Source of the DNA: Candidatus Moraniibacteriota bacterium | Lineage (GTDB): Bacteria > Patescibacteriota > Minisyncoccia > Moranbacterales > UBA2206 | Assembly: GCA_030645735.1 (NCBI GenBank) | Contig: JAUSNP010000006.1 | Span: 260,824-324,823, forward strand | DNA: 64,000 nucleotides | Reading direction: 5' to 3' | Shown: in pieces, positions 55,828 through 64,000 of the stretch | How positions within the stretch are numbered: position 1 is the first letter of the stretch | Layout: the number at the start of each line of letters is the position of its first letter | Translations under genes and position numbers: made by a program | Notes under the pieces: generated by a model | The model's input: the letters and a program-made list of their open reading frames with translations, nothing else | Database searches by the model: none | Told to the model about the DNA's origin: nothing

Positions 55828-56224
55828 GTGGGTTTCACCTTCCTTTCTATTTTTAGTTTTATTTTTATACTTTTTTGTTTCGACCTTTTTATTTCGTCAG
55901 GAATATTTTTTAAAATTAAAAAATATTTCTCAACTACATAAATTATATAACATTTAAATTTATTTGCAATAGCAAAAAGTTATCCACAGGGCAAATTTTT
56001 TAACTTTCATTTTTTATTTTCTATTTTAAAAAATAATTTATTTTGCTTTTTGAAAAACATTGGGTGATTCTAAGTTAAAAGTTAAAAAATTAAAATTACA
56101 AAATCCAAATCACAAATCACAAACAAATCACAAATCTCAAAATTTTAAATAAAATCTAAATTTAAAAATTTAAAAAAACTTTCCGCGCCTTGCGTAGTGC
56201 GTTTCTAAATTTAATTGTCATCCC

Positions 56225-56320
56225 AGGCTTGACCTGGGATCTTCCTTACAATTCATCCAATAAATTAAATTTCGCGATTACAGTGAGTAGATTCCGGCTC
56301 AAGGCCGGAATGACAGACTT
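56225..56320. mobile_element. MITE-like element, copy 2 (inverse orientation), adjacent to a partial copy of the 250-bp repeat
   Basis: TGTCATCCCAGGCTTGACCTGGGAT ... ATTCCGGCTCAAGGCCGGAATGACA. The reverse complement aligns to 14846-14950. It is preceded by CCGCGCCTTGCGTAGTGCGTTTCTAAATTT at 56185-56225. Confidence 0.6.
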
Positions 56321-56383
56321 AAAAACATTTTAATAGAGAAAGTTAGCCCCGATATTATGCCCAAAATGCCATTTTTTGTCTAG

Positions 56384-56412
56384 TTGACGCACTGCTCAGA
56401 TGCGTTTAGAAT
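56384..56412 (+). promoter_or_regulatory. Sigma70-like promoter candidate
   Basis: TTGACG, 17-nt spacer, TAGAAT, about 100 nt upstream of the ATG at 56513. Confidence 0.4.
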
Positions 56413-56512
56413 TTATAGACAGAGACAATTTGGTCGGAACTACCCTAAAAAGGTAGATAAGCTTCAACGAAAGCCCCTTAACAATTAATATAGAAAGGAA
56501 GGTGAAACAAAC

Positions 56513-57091
56513 ATGGAAGAAGAAATCAAAACTGAAGAAGAAATGGATCAAGAAATTTCAACCAAGCAATGGCTTCAAGACAACCTTCGCATCATCATTA
56601 GCATCCTAATCGTGGTTGCTATCGCTGGCGGAATCTATTCATACTCAAACCGAGGAGAAGATTCAGCTAAGAATGATCAGGAAGTTGCTCAACAAGAAGA
56701 ATCAACTGGCGATAATTCAGAAGTTACCATAGACAAAATTTCTGAAACTACCCCAGCAGCTAAAACTGAAACTGTTGCATCTAGCCAAGAAACTGAAAAA
56801 TCTTTTATTGAAAAGGCTGGAAAGGGAGATGGCTCAACCGTTCTTGCTCGCAGAGCTCTAGCTAATTTTCTAGAAAAGAACCAAGACTCAGCCCTAACAG
56901 CAGAACACAAAATCTATATTGAGGACTATCTGCGCAAGAATGTTTCCCACAAAGGAAGCGTGCACATTGGAACTTCGATAGAATTCTCTAAAGACCTAAT
57001 TCAAGATGCGATTGCAAAATCGAAGAATCTGAACGAAAAACAATTACAGAATTTGCACAAGTATGCCGTTAGAGTTCCCTCTCTAGCATAG
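56513..57091 (+). CDS. Hypothetical membrane-anchored protein (192 aa)
   Basis: Acidic N-terminus, one transmembrane helix. Its ribosome-binding context ATAGAAAGGAAGGTGAAAC is nearly identical to that of the KKAV gene. Confidence 0.5.
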   Translation: MEEEIKTEEEMDQEISTKQWLQDNLRIIISILIVVAIAGGIYSYSNRGEDSAKNDQEVAQQEESTGDNSEVTIDKISETTPAAKTETVASSQETEKSFIEKAGKGDGSTVLARRALANFLEKNQDSALTAEHKIYIEDYLRKNVSHKGSVHIGTSIEFSKDLIQDAIAKSKNLNEKQLQNLHKYAVRVPSLA

Positions 57092-57220
57092 TTTTTCTTG
57101 CTAGAAGATAAATCAAGAAAAAATTTCATTGCTCCTTATCTCATAGTTAAGTATATTACTACTTTCTAATAACAAAACCCCTCGATGAAAATCGGGGGGT
57201 TTTGTGTTTAAAAATAAATT

Positions 57221-58249
57221 TTAAACTTGTTTCTTTTCGTCTAATTTTTTATTTATGAAAATCAGGGCAATCGCCATAATCACAACCGTAGCTATCAAGG
57301 TTATGCTCTTACCAATCATACGCGTATTGAGAGCCACAATCGCTATCATCGCAGTGACAGAATAATAATATAGCGCGATTTTTCTTTGTGACCATCCCAA
57401 TTCCAATAATTTGTGATGTAAATGATTATTATCTGGTCTGAATATAGATTTACGATTTTTGAAGCGCTCGCCAATCACCCAAACAAAATCAATCATCGGC
57501 AGAGCCATCACTAGAATCGCCGTGGCAATTTTAGTCCCAGCAAAAATTGCCAAAAAGGCCAAAGCAAAGCCCATAAACATTGAGCCGGCTGTGCCTGCCA
57601 AAATCATTGAGGGATAGAAATTGAAAATGAGAAAGCCCAACGAAGAGCCTGCCAAAATCATTGCCAAAATGGCCACCGGTGGTTGATTGACTTCTGGACG
57701 CAAGCTCAAAAAGAAAATCGTCAGCGCGCCAATGAAAGAAATGCCACCCGAAAGGCCGTCAATTCCATCCAGCCAATTCATTGAATTGATCATCAGCACT
57801 GCCCAAAATATGACCAAGGCAATGGAAAAAATGACGGCCAAGCCAGAACTCAAGTCAATTGTGCCACCACCCAGCGGATGTGTTACAAAATAGATTCGTA
57901 CGCCAAAAATAAAAATGATGATAGCCGCCGATACTTGATAAAAAAACTGAGTTTTCCAAAAAACTTCGCGCACATCATCCCACACGCCAACTGCTAAAAT
58001 AATCAACAGCGCCGCGATTACGCCATAAAGTTGCATACTTATATATAAATCTGCATTTAGAAAAATTGTTAGGATGAAAGACAAAATCATCGCAATACCA
58101 CCCAATCGGAAAGCATTTTTTTTGTGAATGTGCCGACTAGATTTTCGACAAACCCAATTAATTTTGGTTGCCGCAAATTTCAGCAAAAAAATGAAAACCG
58201 CGGTGAGAATGAAGGCAGTGATAAAAGGAATTATGAATTTTGTCATCAA
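57221..58249 (-). CDS. UDP-GlcNAc:undecaprenyl-phosphate GlcNAc-1-phosphate transferase-like (WecA/TagO, MraY-WecA family)
   Basis: 342 aa polytopic. VWDDV, NSMNWLDGIDGL, HLHH motifs. Confidence 0.75.
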   Translation of the reverse strand: MMTKFIIPFITAFILTAVFIFLLKFAATKINWVCRKSSRHIHKKNAFRLGGIAMILSFILTIFLNADLYISMQLYGVIAALLIILAVGVWDDVREVFWKTQFFYQVSAAIIIFIFGVRIYFVTHPLGGGTIDLSSGLAVIFSIALVIFWAVLMINSMNWLDGIDGLSGGISFIGALTIFFLSLRPEVNQPPVAILAMILAGSSLGFLIFNFYPSMILAGTAGSMFMGFALAFLAIFAGTKIATAILVMALPMIDFVWVIGERFKNRKSIFRPDNNHLHHKLLELGWSQRKIALYYYSVTAMIAIVALNTRMIGKSITLIATVVIMAIALIFINKKLDEKKQV

Positions 58250-58250
58250 T

Positions 58251-58682
58251 TTAATAGTTTATAAGAATTACGCTGACAGAAGCGACAATTAAACTCAACT
58301 GAATCATTAGCGTTGCCATCAACAAAATATAACTGGCGATGCGCTCCTTTCTTTCATAGAAAAATACTGAAAGAGTCAGATTAATTGCAAACAAAATTAT
58401 TCCAATAAGTGGCAACAGATAAGCCTGCTTATAATCACCTATTGAATCTACTCCAAAATAGACATTGTAATGTAAAATAATAGAAAAATCCACCGGTTTG
58501 ACCCAGATTTTCAAAATAAGCCAATTGATCAAATTAGACGCCAAACTCAAAATTAAAAGCCAGATTACAATATGGCTTTTAAAATATTCGTGCGCCAAGA
58601 ATTCCATCACCTTTGATTGCGGGCTGATTTCGATGAGGTGCCCGGAATGTTTCAGGCTAAATTTTTTCATTTTATTCAACAC
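58251..58682 (-). CDS. Hypothetical membrane protein (143 aa)
   Basis: Three to four hydrophobic helices. Confidence 0.4.
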   Translation of the reverse strand: MLNKMKKFSLKHSGHLIEISPQSKVMEFLAHEYFKSHIVIWLLILSLASNLINWLILKIWVKPVDFSIILHYNVYFGVDSIGDYKQAYLLPLIGIILFAINLTLSVFFYERKERIASYILLMATLMIQLSLIVASVSVILINY

Positions 58683-59757
58683 TTGGTTTATCCAGCATTA
58701 TTGGCTCAATACTTTTTTCCACTTCGGTAATCTTAGAAACATCCTTGTCAATTTTGCCCAATTCTTTGTAAGCAACATTGAAATGATTCACCGTTGTTCC
58801 CAGACTGCCTTGTACTTTTTTCATATAATCCTCAAAAGCTACGATGTGCTTGCCTAGTTTTTCCACATTGATTCGAATTTCTTTGGCGCTTTCCTCAATT
58901 TGCATCGCCCGCAAGCCCTGCAAAACTGTTTGCAAATAGGCCAAAAAAGAAGTTGGCGAAACAATAATAACTTTTTTATCACGGAAAGCATATTCAATCA
59001 AGTCGCGCGTGTTGACCTGCACTGCGCCAACTTTATTCACCAAGAGATCATAGTAGATGGCCTCAGAGGGAATAAACATAAAAGCAAAATCCATCGTACC
59101 CTCCTCCGGTTTGATATATTTGGAAGTTTCGTCGATGCGATTTTTCAAATCCTGTTTGAACATTTTCTCAAAAACTTCTTTTTCCTGCACATCCTTGGCA
59201 TTCAAAATCCGCTCATAATTCTCCAAAGAAAATTTGGAATCAATCGGCACCACCTTGTCTTTCACGAAAACCACCGCATCCACAATCACAGCGTCAGAAA
59301 AGGCATATTGCATTTTGTATGAATTGGGTGGCAAAACATTGCGCAAAGTTTCTTCTAGAAAATATTCACCCAAAATTCCTCTTTGCTTGGGATTTTTCAA
59401 AATGTCCTGCAAATTTTGCAGCTGAGCCGAAAAATTCACCACTTGCTTGTTGGTTTCATCCAGTTTAGTCAATTTTTCAGTTACATCAGAGATGAGCTTA
59501 TGTGATTGACCACTGATGCCCTGCACGGTTTGAATAGTCTGGTTGATTTGCGATTGGGTTGAGCGATGGGTTTCTGACAGTTTGCGATCCACCATATTGC
59601 GCAAATCTTCATTTTGCTGTGACAGCATCTTTAAGCGTTCCACAATTGCCACTGCGTCATTACTTTTGTTGCCTTGGCTATTGCGTAGAAAAAAATTCAG
59701 CCACAACAAAAATGCCGCGCCCGCCAAAATTAGAAATATTATCAAAATATAGGTCAT
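58672..59757 (-). CDS. rmuC: DNA recombination protein RmuC
   Basis: N-terminal transmembrane helix and coiled coil. RmuC core ILGEYFLEETL...PIDSKF...FAFMFIPSEA. Confidence 0.75.
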   Translation of the reverse strand: MTYILIIFLILAGAAFLLWLNFFLRNSQGNKSNDAVAIVERLKMLSQQNEDLRNMVDRKLSETHRSTQSQINQTIQTVQGISGQSHKLISDVTEKLTKLDETNKQVVNFSAQLQNLQDILKNPKQRGILGEYFLEETLRNVLPPNSYKMQYAFSDAVIVDAVVFVKDKVVPIDSKFSLENYERILNAKDVQEKEVFEKMFKQDLKNRIDETSKYIKPEEGTMDFAFMFIPSEAIYYDLLVNKVGAVQVNTRDLIEYAFRDKKVIIVSPTSFLAYLQTVLQGLRAMQIEESAKEIRINVEKLGKHIVAFEDYMKKVQGSLGTTVNHFNVAYKELGKIDKDVSKITEVEKSIEPIMLDKPSVE

Positions 59758-60350
59758 TTTATCTTCGCAATCAAATGTTTAAGTCCTGGGATTTTATTAA
59801 TCAATTCCTCATGTGGACCTTCTAAAAATTCTAGGATAAATTTGTCCAGCATATTCAAACGATATTTGAATTCCTCTCCGCTCATCAAAACAAAGTCAAT
59901 CTCTTTGCCAATTTCAGCTTCTAGACTCGCCATCAAATTTTTCAAACGTGCCCGGCGGATGTCATCGCCAACAATAATCATATCCGCCTTGCCCTTTTGA
60001 TAGTTGATAAACACGCCGCTGATGGCCGCTAGCTTTATGTTGCCAATCTTAGCAATGTTGGCCAAGCTTTTGCATTGCGGATAAACATTTGATTTTGAAA
60101 TCAAATTTTTCAATTCCGGATAGAAGCTGAAATTTTGATTCAGGACATAGGAAATCTTACCTCTTCTGGAGTGCTTCAAAATGAATTTTATTTTACTCAA
60201 GCGTTCCACTTCTTTCTTGGCTGTATTTTTCAACATATTCCTGCGAGCTATCTCTAGGTAGGTATACTCCTGATCGGGATTCTGCAAAAAAAATCTAAGT
60301 AAACTCGCTCTCTCCTTTGAACCAAAAAGACTCTCTAGAATTTCTAACAT
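59754..60350 (-). CDS. Hypothetical protein with an N-terminal winged-helix and a C-terminal minimal nucleotidyltransferase-like region
   Basis: SKERASLLRFFLQNPDQEYTYLEIARR (wHTH-like). ADMIIVGDD...IDFVLMS (NTase-like). Confidence 0.35.
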   Translation of the reverse strand: MLEILESLFGSKERASLLRFFLQNPDQEYTYLEIARRNMLKNTAKKEVERLSKIKFILKHSRRGKISYVLNQNFSFYPELKNLISKSNVYPQCKSLANIAKIGNIKLAAISGVFINYQKGKADMIIVGDDIRRARLKNLMASLEAEIGKEIDFVLMSGEEFKYRLNMLDKFILEFLEGPHEELINKIPGLKHLIAKIK

Positions 60351-60491
60351 TGGGTTATGTATTAGTTTATTATGTCTGGATATGCCTATTTATAGTATAA
60401 TATCTACCACCCAAAAAGTAAACTACCTTCAAAACCGCCGGATTTCTGAAAATCCAGTTTTTATGCTACAATACAAGCAAACTAAGAAGCT

Positions 60492-62714
60492 ATGACTAAA
60501 AGAAAATCTGAAAATAAAATAGTTGAAATTCAACCAGAATTTGAGAATATTCTAGTTTGCAACGACCGGCAAATGACTCCGTATGTTGAGATTCTCGTTC
60601 AAGAGCCAGAAAATATCAGCAATCAAAATCTAGGCACCCTCATCGGGGTTTTTGAGGTTACTGACACAACCGAAGATTCTTCCTATATCGTCAACTACCT
60701 AATTTCCATCATCAAGAAGGAATATTTTTCCAAGCCCAAGCGCGGACCGATTGAAAGTCTTGAATCAGCTCTGCACAAAGCCAATCTAGCTCTATCCAAT
60801 TTGGCTGAACACGAAAACATTGGCTGGCTCGGAAAATTAAATGTGCTAATTGCGGTTATTGAAAAAAATAGCTTGCACCTTTCTCAGGCTGGAAATGCTT
60901 GCGCCTTGCTTTTGCGCTCCAAAACTATCACAGATGTCAGTGAAGGGCTGGCGCCAGCCAAATCAGAACTAAATCCGATGAAAACTTTTGTCAGCGTGTC
61001 TAGTGGCCGACTTGAAAAAAATGACAAGCTGATTCTGACTACGGACAGCATTTTTGATATTTTCTCATTAGAGGAAATCAAAAAAAGCTCCTTGCGTTTC
61101 TCCGACAAAAATTTCGTCCAATTTCTGAAAACTGCCCTTGGCTCAGAACTGGAAAGAGCCGCTGTTTTGATTGCCGACCTCAAGGATCAACAAGAAATAG
61201 CCCAGCCAGAACCGCAAAAACAAAAACGCGACCTCAATGTTTTCAGCAAAGACGCTTTTGCAAAAACAAAAAAAGCAAAGACTGAACAAAATGCACAAAT
61301 TACGCAAGATTTGCAAAAAGAGATTCAGTATGAAAAAGCTGGCTTTGTTGATGAAAAAACTGGGCATATCTATATCAAAGATGATTTTCAAACAACCTTG
61401 GCGCAGGACGCTGGCCCAACTTACACTGAAAAAATTCTACAGAAATCTGCCAATCTGTCCTCTGATACGGCTAAAATGGCTAAGAACTTGGCAGTCAACA
61501 CTCTACGCAATATCCGCCTGCCCAAATTTTCCAACCTACAATCCAAGGCGCGCAAACTGCAACCAGATTATCAATCTATCATTGAAACCGTCCGGACACA
61601 GGCCAAGGCACGCGCTAAGACAGCTGGTTCTGCCTCCACCGTATTCATTGAAAAATCAACCGTTTTGGCAAAAGTTGTTTTTTCACAAAAAAATGGACGC
61701 CTTGCAATCTTTGTTTGCAAAAATATTTACCACAAAATCATTTCCCTTGTGCGTCTAGCTCTGCCAAGATTTGATAAAATACGAGATATTTTGCGTAAAA
61801 TGGATTATCAACAAAAATTATACGTGGCCTTGATTTTTGTGCTAATTTTTATCGTACCCCTAGTCGGCATCAATATAAAAAACAATCTTGATGCCAAAAG
61901 AGCCGCCCAAGTGGCCGTCGCCAACAAGCCCGCTCCTTTACCGCTCGAACAAGACAAAAATGTTTTGCGCATTGACACACCCATGTTAATTTATACTGGC
62001 AATGATATTCTAAAAACAATAAACTTGAATAACAAAATTTTTGTTGTTACCAGCTCTAATATAGTTGATTTAGAAAAAAATCAGTCATTTGCCATTCCAC
62101 AAGAATTCACTAACCCAGCCCAAGTGGCTGGCATGCAAGACTTGAATTTGATATTTTTGCTGAACAAAAACAAGCAAATCATGTCTTTCAGTCCAATTTC
62201 AACTGAATTCAAAAACAACAACCTGACTGTCCCAGTTGATGCCACCATAACTGGCATGGGAACTTATCTGACCTATATCTATCTACTGGATTCAAAGAAT
62301 AATCAAATCTATCGTTATCCACGAGCTGAGGGTGGTTTTGGTGAAAAAACTAACTGGCTCAAAGAAACACTCGACCTTTCCAATACGAACGGTTTAGCAA
62401 TGAATGAAAATATTTTCATCTCCAACAACACTGGAATTTTGAAATTGTTCCGTGGTCAAAAACAAGATTTTTCAATTGAAGAAACTGCCACACCAATCAG
62501 CATCAGCAAAATTGCCATCGGAGAACAAAGTGGCACAATCTTCATTCTTGATACACAAAATTCCCGCGTGATTCATCTGGATGGTGAAAACAAAATAGTG
62601 GCACAATATTATAACCCCAAAATAAATTCCGCTACTGACATTACTATTAGTGAAAATAATAATACTATCTACATTTCCAACAATGCCACTACTGAAGCTA
62701 TTGCGATAAACTAA
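60492..62714 (+). CDS. Large hypothetical protein: PP2C-like (probably catalytically degenerate) domain, one TM helix, C-terminal beta-propeller-like repeats
   Basis: N-terminal 230 aa with PPM-like motif positions (IGVFEVTD, SQAGNACALLLR, LILTTDSIFD, AAVLIADL) but non-canonical acidic residues. TM helix LYVALIFVLIFIVPLVGI. C-terminal repeats (IYRY, GTIFILD, NNTIYISNN). Confidence 0.45.
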   Translation: MTKRKSENKIVEIQPEFENILVCNDRQMTPYVEILVQEPENISNQNLGTLIGVFEVTDTTEDSSYIVNYLISIIKKEYFSKPKRGPIESLESALHKANLALSNLAEHENIGWLGKLNVLIAVIEKNSLHLSQAGNACALLLRSKTITDVSEGLAPAKSELNPMKTFVSVSSGRLEKNDKLILTTDSIFDIFSLEEIKKSSLRFSDKNFVQFLKTALGSELERAAVLIADLKDQQEIAQPEPQKQKRDLNVFSKDAFAKTKKAKTEQNAQITQDLQKEIQYEKAGFVDEKTGHIYIKDDFQTTLAQDAGPTYTEKILQKSANLSSDTAKMAKNLAVNTLRNIRLPKFSNLQSKARKLQPDYQSIIETVRTQAKARAKTAGSASTVFIEKSTVLAKVVFSQKNGRLAIFVCKNIYHKIISLVRLALPRFDKIRDILRKMDYQQKLYVALIFVLIFIVPLVGINIKNNLDAKRAAQVAVANKPAPLPLEQDKNVLRIDTPMLIYTGNDILKTINLNNKIFVVTSSNIVDLEKNQSFAIPQEFTNPAQVAGMQDLNLIFLLNKNKQIMSFSPISTEFKNNNLTVPVDATITGMGTYLTYIYLLDSKNNQIYRYPRAEGGFGEKTNWLKETLDLSNTNGLAMNENIFISNNTGILKLFRGQKQDFSIEETATPISISKIAIGEQSGTIFILDTQNSRVIHLDGENKIVAQYYNPKINSATDITISENNNTIYISNNATTEAIAIN

Positions 62715-62730
62715 AATTCATCTACCCAAC

Positions 62731-62762
62731 AAAAAAGCAGAGTTTTTAAACTCTGCTTTTTA
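62731..62762. terminator. Bidirectional terminator hairpin
   Basis: AAAAAAGCAGAGTTTTTAAACTCTGCTTTTT. Confidence 0.55.
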
Positions 62763-62801
62763 ACTTTCCGAAGGTTGAACCTTCGGAGCTAAATTCGAAG
62801 C

Positions 62802-63320
62802 TTATATTTTACCCACAAGCGTACAGTTAGTAGAGTTCGTTCCGCATTCGCCATAAGTGCATGTAGCACCAGTTTGCAGTTGTCCATTACAACCTCTTGA
62901 CCAATTCCAGAAGCCATAACCATAACAGATTTGGCTTAATGCTGGACAACTATACACATTTGTTGTTCCTGTCGCTGACGACGCCGCCCAACTCGCATTT
63001 CCGCTTGCGTCCGATGTCAAAACTTTACCTGCGCCTGGCGCGCCAGATGTGATTTGCAAGGCGCCTTTTAATATAGTGCTCCCACTTTGGACAGTCAATC
63101 CATTTACAGCTCCGCCAGTATTGAGGATTAGTCCGCCAATTTTTGTTTGACCAATATTGCTGGTGTTGATTGGCGCACCGAGATTGCCTCCTGGCGGAGT
63201 GGCGGATGGCGCCACCCAAGCATTGGAAATAGATAGTCCGATGAAAATAATGAACGCTAGCGTTAGGCCAGTAGACATTATTCCAACTTCTTTGACGCTA
63301 TTTTTGATTTTTTGCAACAT
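62802..63320 (-). CDS. Secreted or membrane-anchored Gly/Thr/Ser-rich protein with a C-terminal Cys-rich module
   Basis: N-terminal hydrophobic segment, G/S/T-rich middle, and C-terminal CPALSQICYGYGFWNWSRGCNGQLQTGATCTYGECGTNSTNCTL. Confidence 0.5.
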   Translation of the reverse strand: MLQKIKNSVKEVGIMSTGLTLAFIIFIGLSISNAWVAPSATPPGGNLGAPINTSNIGQTKIGGLILNTGGAVNGLTVQSGSTILKGALQITSGAPGAGKVLTSDASGNASWAASSATGTTNVYSCPALSQICYGYGFWNWSRGCNGQLQTGATCTYGECGTNSTNCTLVGKI

Positions 63321-63355
63321 ATTTTTATTATATTAAAAAAATTATTTATTATTTC

Positions 63356-63652
63356 TTAATTATTTTGAGCTGTTGTGCTGTCTAACATCTCTTGACTGAT
63401 GTCTGGTTTGCTATTTTTGGGTGCTGAAATGCTATCTAACACTTCTTGACTAATTTCTTCTCCACTGCCTTCTGGCGCAGTAATGCTTTCGCGCATTTTT
63501 TCTTGTTCTGTTTTTTCTTTCTCAGAAATATTTTTCACAGCAGCATTTTGAATAGCTATCTTCTGATCTTTTTTCAACTTCACATACAAAAAACCAACCG
63601 TCAAAGCAACAGCGATTATGATGGCAATTGTTATTTTTATAATTCTGGACAT
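63356..63652 (-). CDS. Small membrane-anchored protein with an internal repeat (ISQEVLDSISAPKNS / ISQEMLDSTTAQNN)
   Basis: 98 aa. N-terminal transmembrane helix. The internal repeat is visible at DNA level (63370-63480). Confidence 0.45.
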   Translation of the reverse strand: MSRIIKITIAIIIAVALTVGFLYVKLKKDQKIAIQNAAVKNISEKEKTEQEKMRESITAPEGSGEEISQEVLDSISAPKNSKPDISQEMLDSTTAQNN

Positions 63653-63712
63653 TTTTTTATTTACCCCGTTGAATTCCGCCCTAGGCGGACATATTCAACT
63701 GGGGTTATCTTT

Positions 63713-64000
63713 TTAGTTAGGTGAAACTTCGCGCCAATTCAAAGTTCTTTTGCTACACGCTGGACAAATCACATCTGAACAAGTTTTTCCAGCAGTGATA
63801 CAATCAGCCTGAGCAGCTGATGTAGTTCCACAATTATCTGTCTTCATACAATACCAAGTGTTGGTTGTCGGTGTTGCTCCACAAGCGCCACAAGATGATG
63901 ACACGCCACAACTATATGTGAAGTTTCCATCCGACACACACGCGGTTGGAACGGCCACTGACATTTTTGAAAAATCTATCCAGCCCAGCTCACCTGACCA
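63713..64000 (-). CDS. Cys-rich secreted protein, 3' part only (paralog of 62802..63320); the gene continues beyond the window end
   Basis: The frame is open to the window edge. ...VAVPTACVSDG... resembles AWVAPSATPPGG of the paralog, and the C-terminus is Cys-rich. Confidence 0.4.
   Translation of the reverse strand, partial: WSGELGWIDFSKMSVAVPTACVSDGNFTYSCGVSSSCGACGATPTTNTWYCMKTDNCGTTSAAQADCITAGKTCSDVICPACSKRTLNWREVSPN

Noticed and set aside
55654-55941. Plus-strand 95-aa ORF made almost entirely of Phe, Leu, Tyr and Cys
   Set aside because: Low-complexity artefact of translating the antisense of the Lys/Ala-rich (AAA/GCA-repeat) minus-strand gene. The minus-strand reading has a Shine-Dalgarno sequence and a sensible product.
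62802-64000. Diversity-generating retroelement targeting the Cys-rich C-termini
   Set aside because: No reverse-transcriptase gene is present, and the two C-terminal regions are not related as template/variable repeats at nucleotide level.

Overview
The window is AT-rich (roughly 38-40% GC by eye), compact and almost all genes are on the minus strand. By content it looks like a reduced-genome bacterium, possibly Candidate Phyla Radiation/Patescibacteria; that call is inference from gene content only.

Supportable content:
- A surface-polysaccharide locus at 1-5040: partial GT4, Wzz-like, GT4 and a WbaP-like priming transferase. It is interrupted by a GC-richer island holding two overlapping (frameshifted?) ORFs.
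- An RNase P RNA at 5132..5548 on the minus strand, missing from the ORF track and overlapped by spurious ORFs.
- A run of translation genes: valS, an unusual pheS fused to an FDX-ACB anticodon-binding domain with a stand-alone PheT N-terminal tRNA-binding domain upstream, tyrS, archaeal-type aspS, short proS, tsf, rpsB, rpmE, rpmG, and prfA-prmC.
- A MacAB-like ABC efflux operon: membrane fusion protein, ATPase, and two FtsX permeases.
- Genome maintenance genes: rnhA, recJ, scpAB, rmuC.
- A lower-glycolysis cluster (pgk, eno, gpmI, pfkB-kinase) next to an ADP-forming acetyl-CoA synthetase.
- mraY, a D-Ala-D-Ala carboxypeptidase, ispH, proB, a DEAD-box helicase, and a minus-strand tRNA cluster (Thr-TGT, Tyr, Thr-GGT, Trp) around rpmG.

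Hunt results (best first; all functional readings are inference):
1. A mitochondrial-type PheRS architecture. The PheS catalytic core carries the C-terminal FDX-ACB domain, the PheT B1 domain is a separate 156-aa protein, and no pheT is nearby.
2. A short minus-strand gene missed by the ORF track at 55672..55827. It encodes a 51-aa Lys/Ala-rich histone-H1-like 'KKAV' repeat protein with a strong Shine-Dalgarno sequence.
3. A MITE-like element of about 105 bp with about 24-bp terminal inverted repeats (TGTCATYCCRGGYYTGA). It is present twice in opposite orientation, at 14846-14950 between the two permease genes and at 56225-56320.
4. A dispersed ~250-bp intergenic repeat family (55290-55575, inverted copy 50575-50820, partial copy 56185-56225). 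It carries three tandem hairpins with CNGC loops and a terminal terminator.
5. A ~110-bp direct repeat flanking the astE/aspA-family gene (40590-40670 and 41545-41625). It has a covarying hairpin-terminator and a length-conserved 30-codon micro-ORF.
6. A prfA-prmC operon interrupted by a GC-rich orphan gene and an SMR-like gene.
7. An 18-bp inverted repeat that would occlude the rnhA ribosome-binding site and start codon.
8. A recurring motif ACTCGCGAA-N5/6-GCTAAT at the 3' flanks of rnpB, rpsB and tsf.
9. Heptanucleotide tandem repeats inside the valS and prmC coding sequences.
10. An acidic, cysteine-rich 'CDPxxDEEC' repeat protein.
11. A PP2C-like pseudo-phosphatase - transmembrane - beta-propeller protein.
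12. Several GC-rich, strong-SD, terminator-bounded orphan small ORFs.

No CRISPR array, rRNA, tmRNA or prophage was recognised. The genetic code appears standard: TGA serves as a stop codon (the GT4 gene at 1198..2301 ends in TGA).
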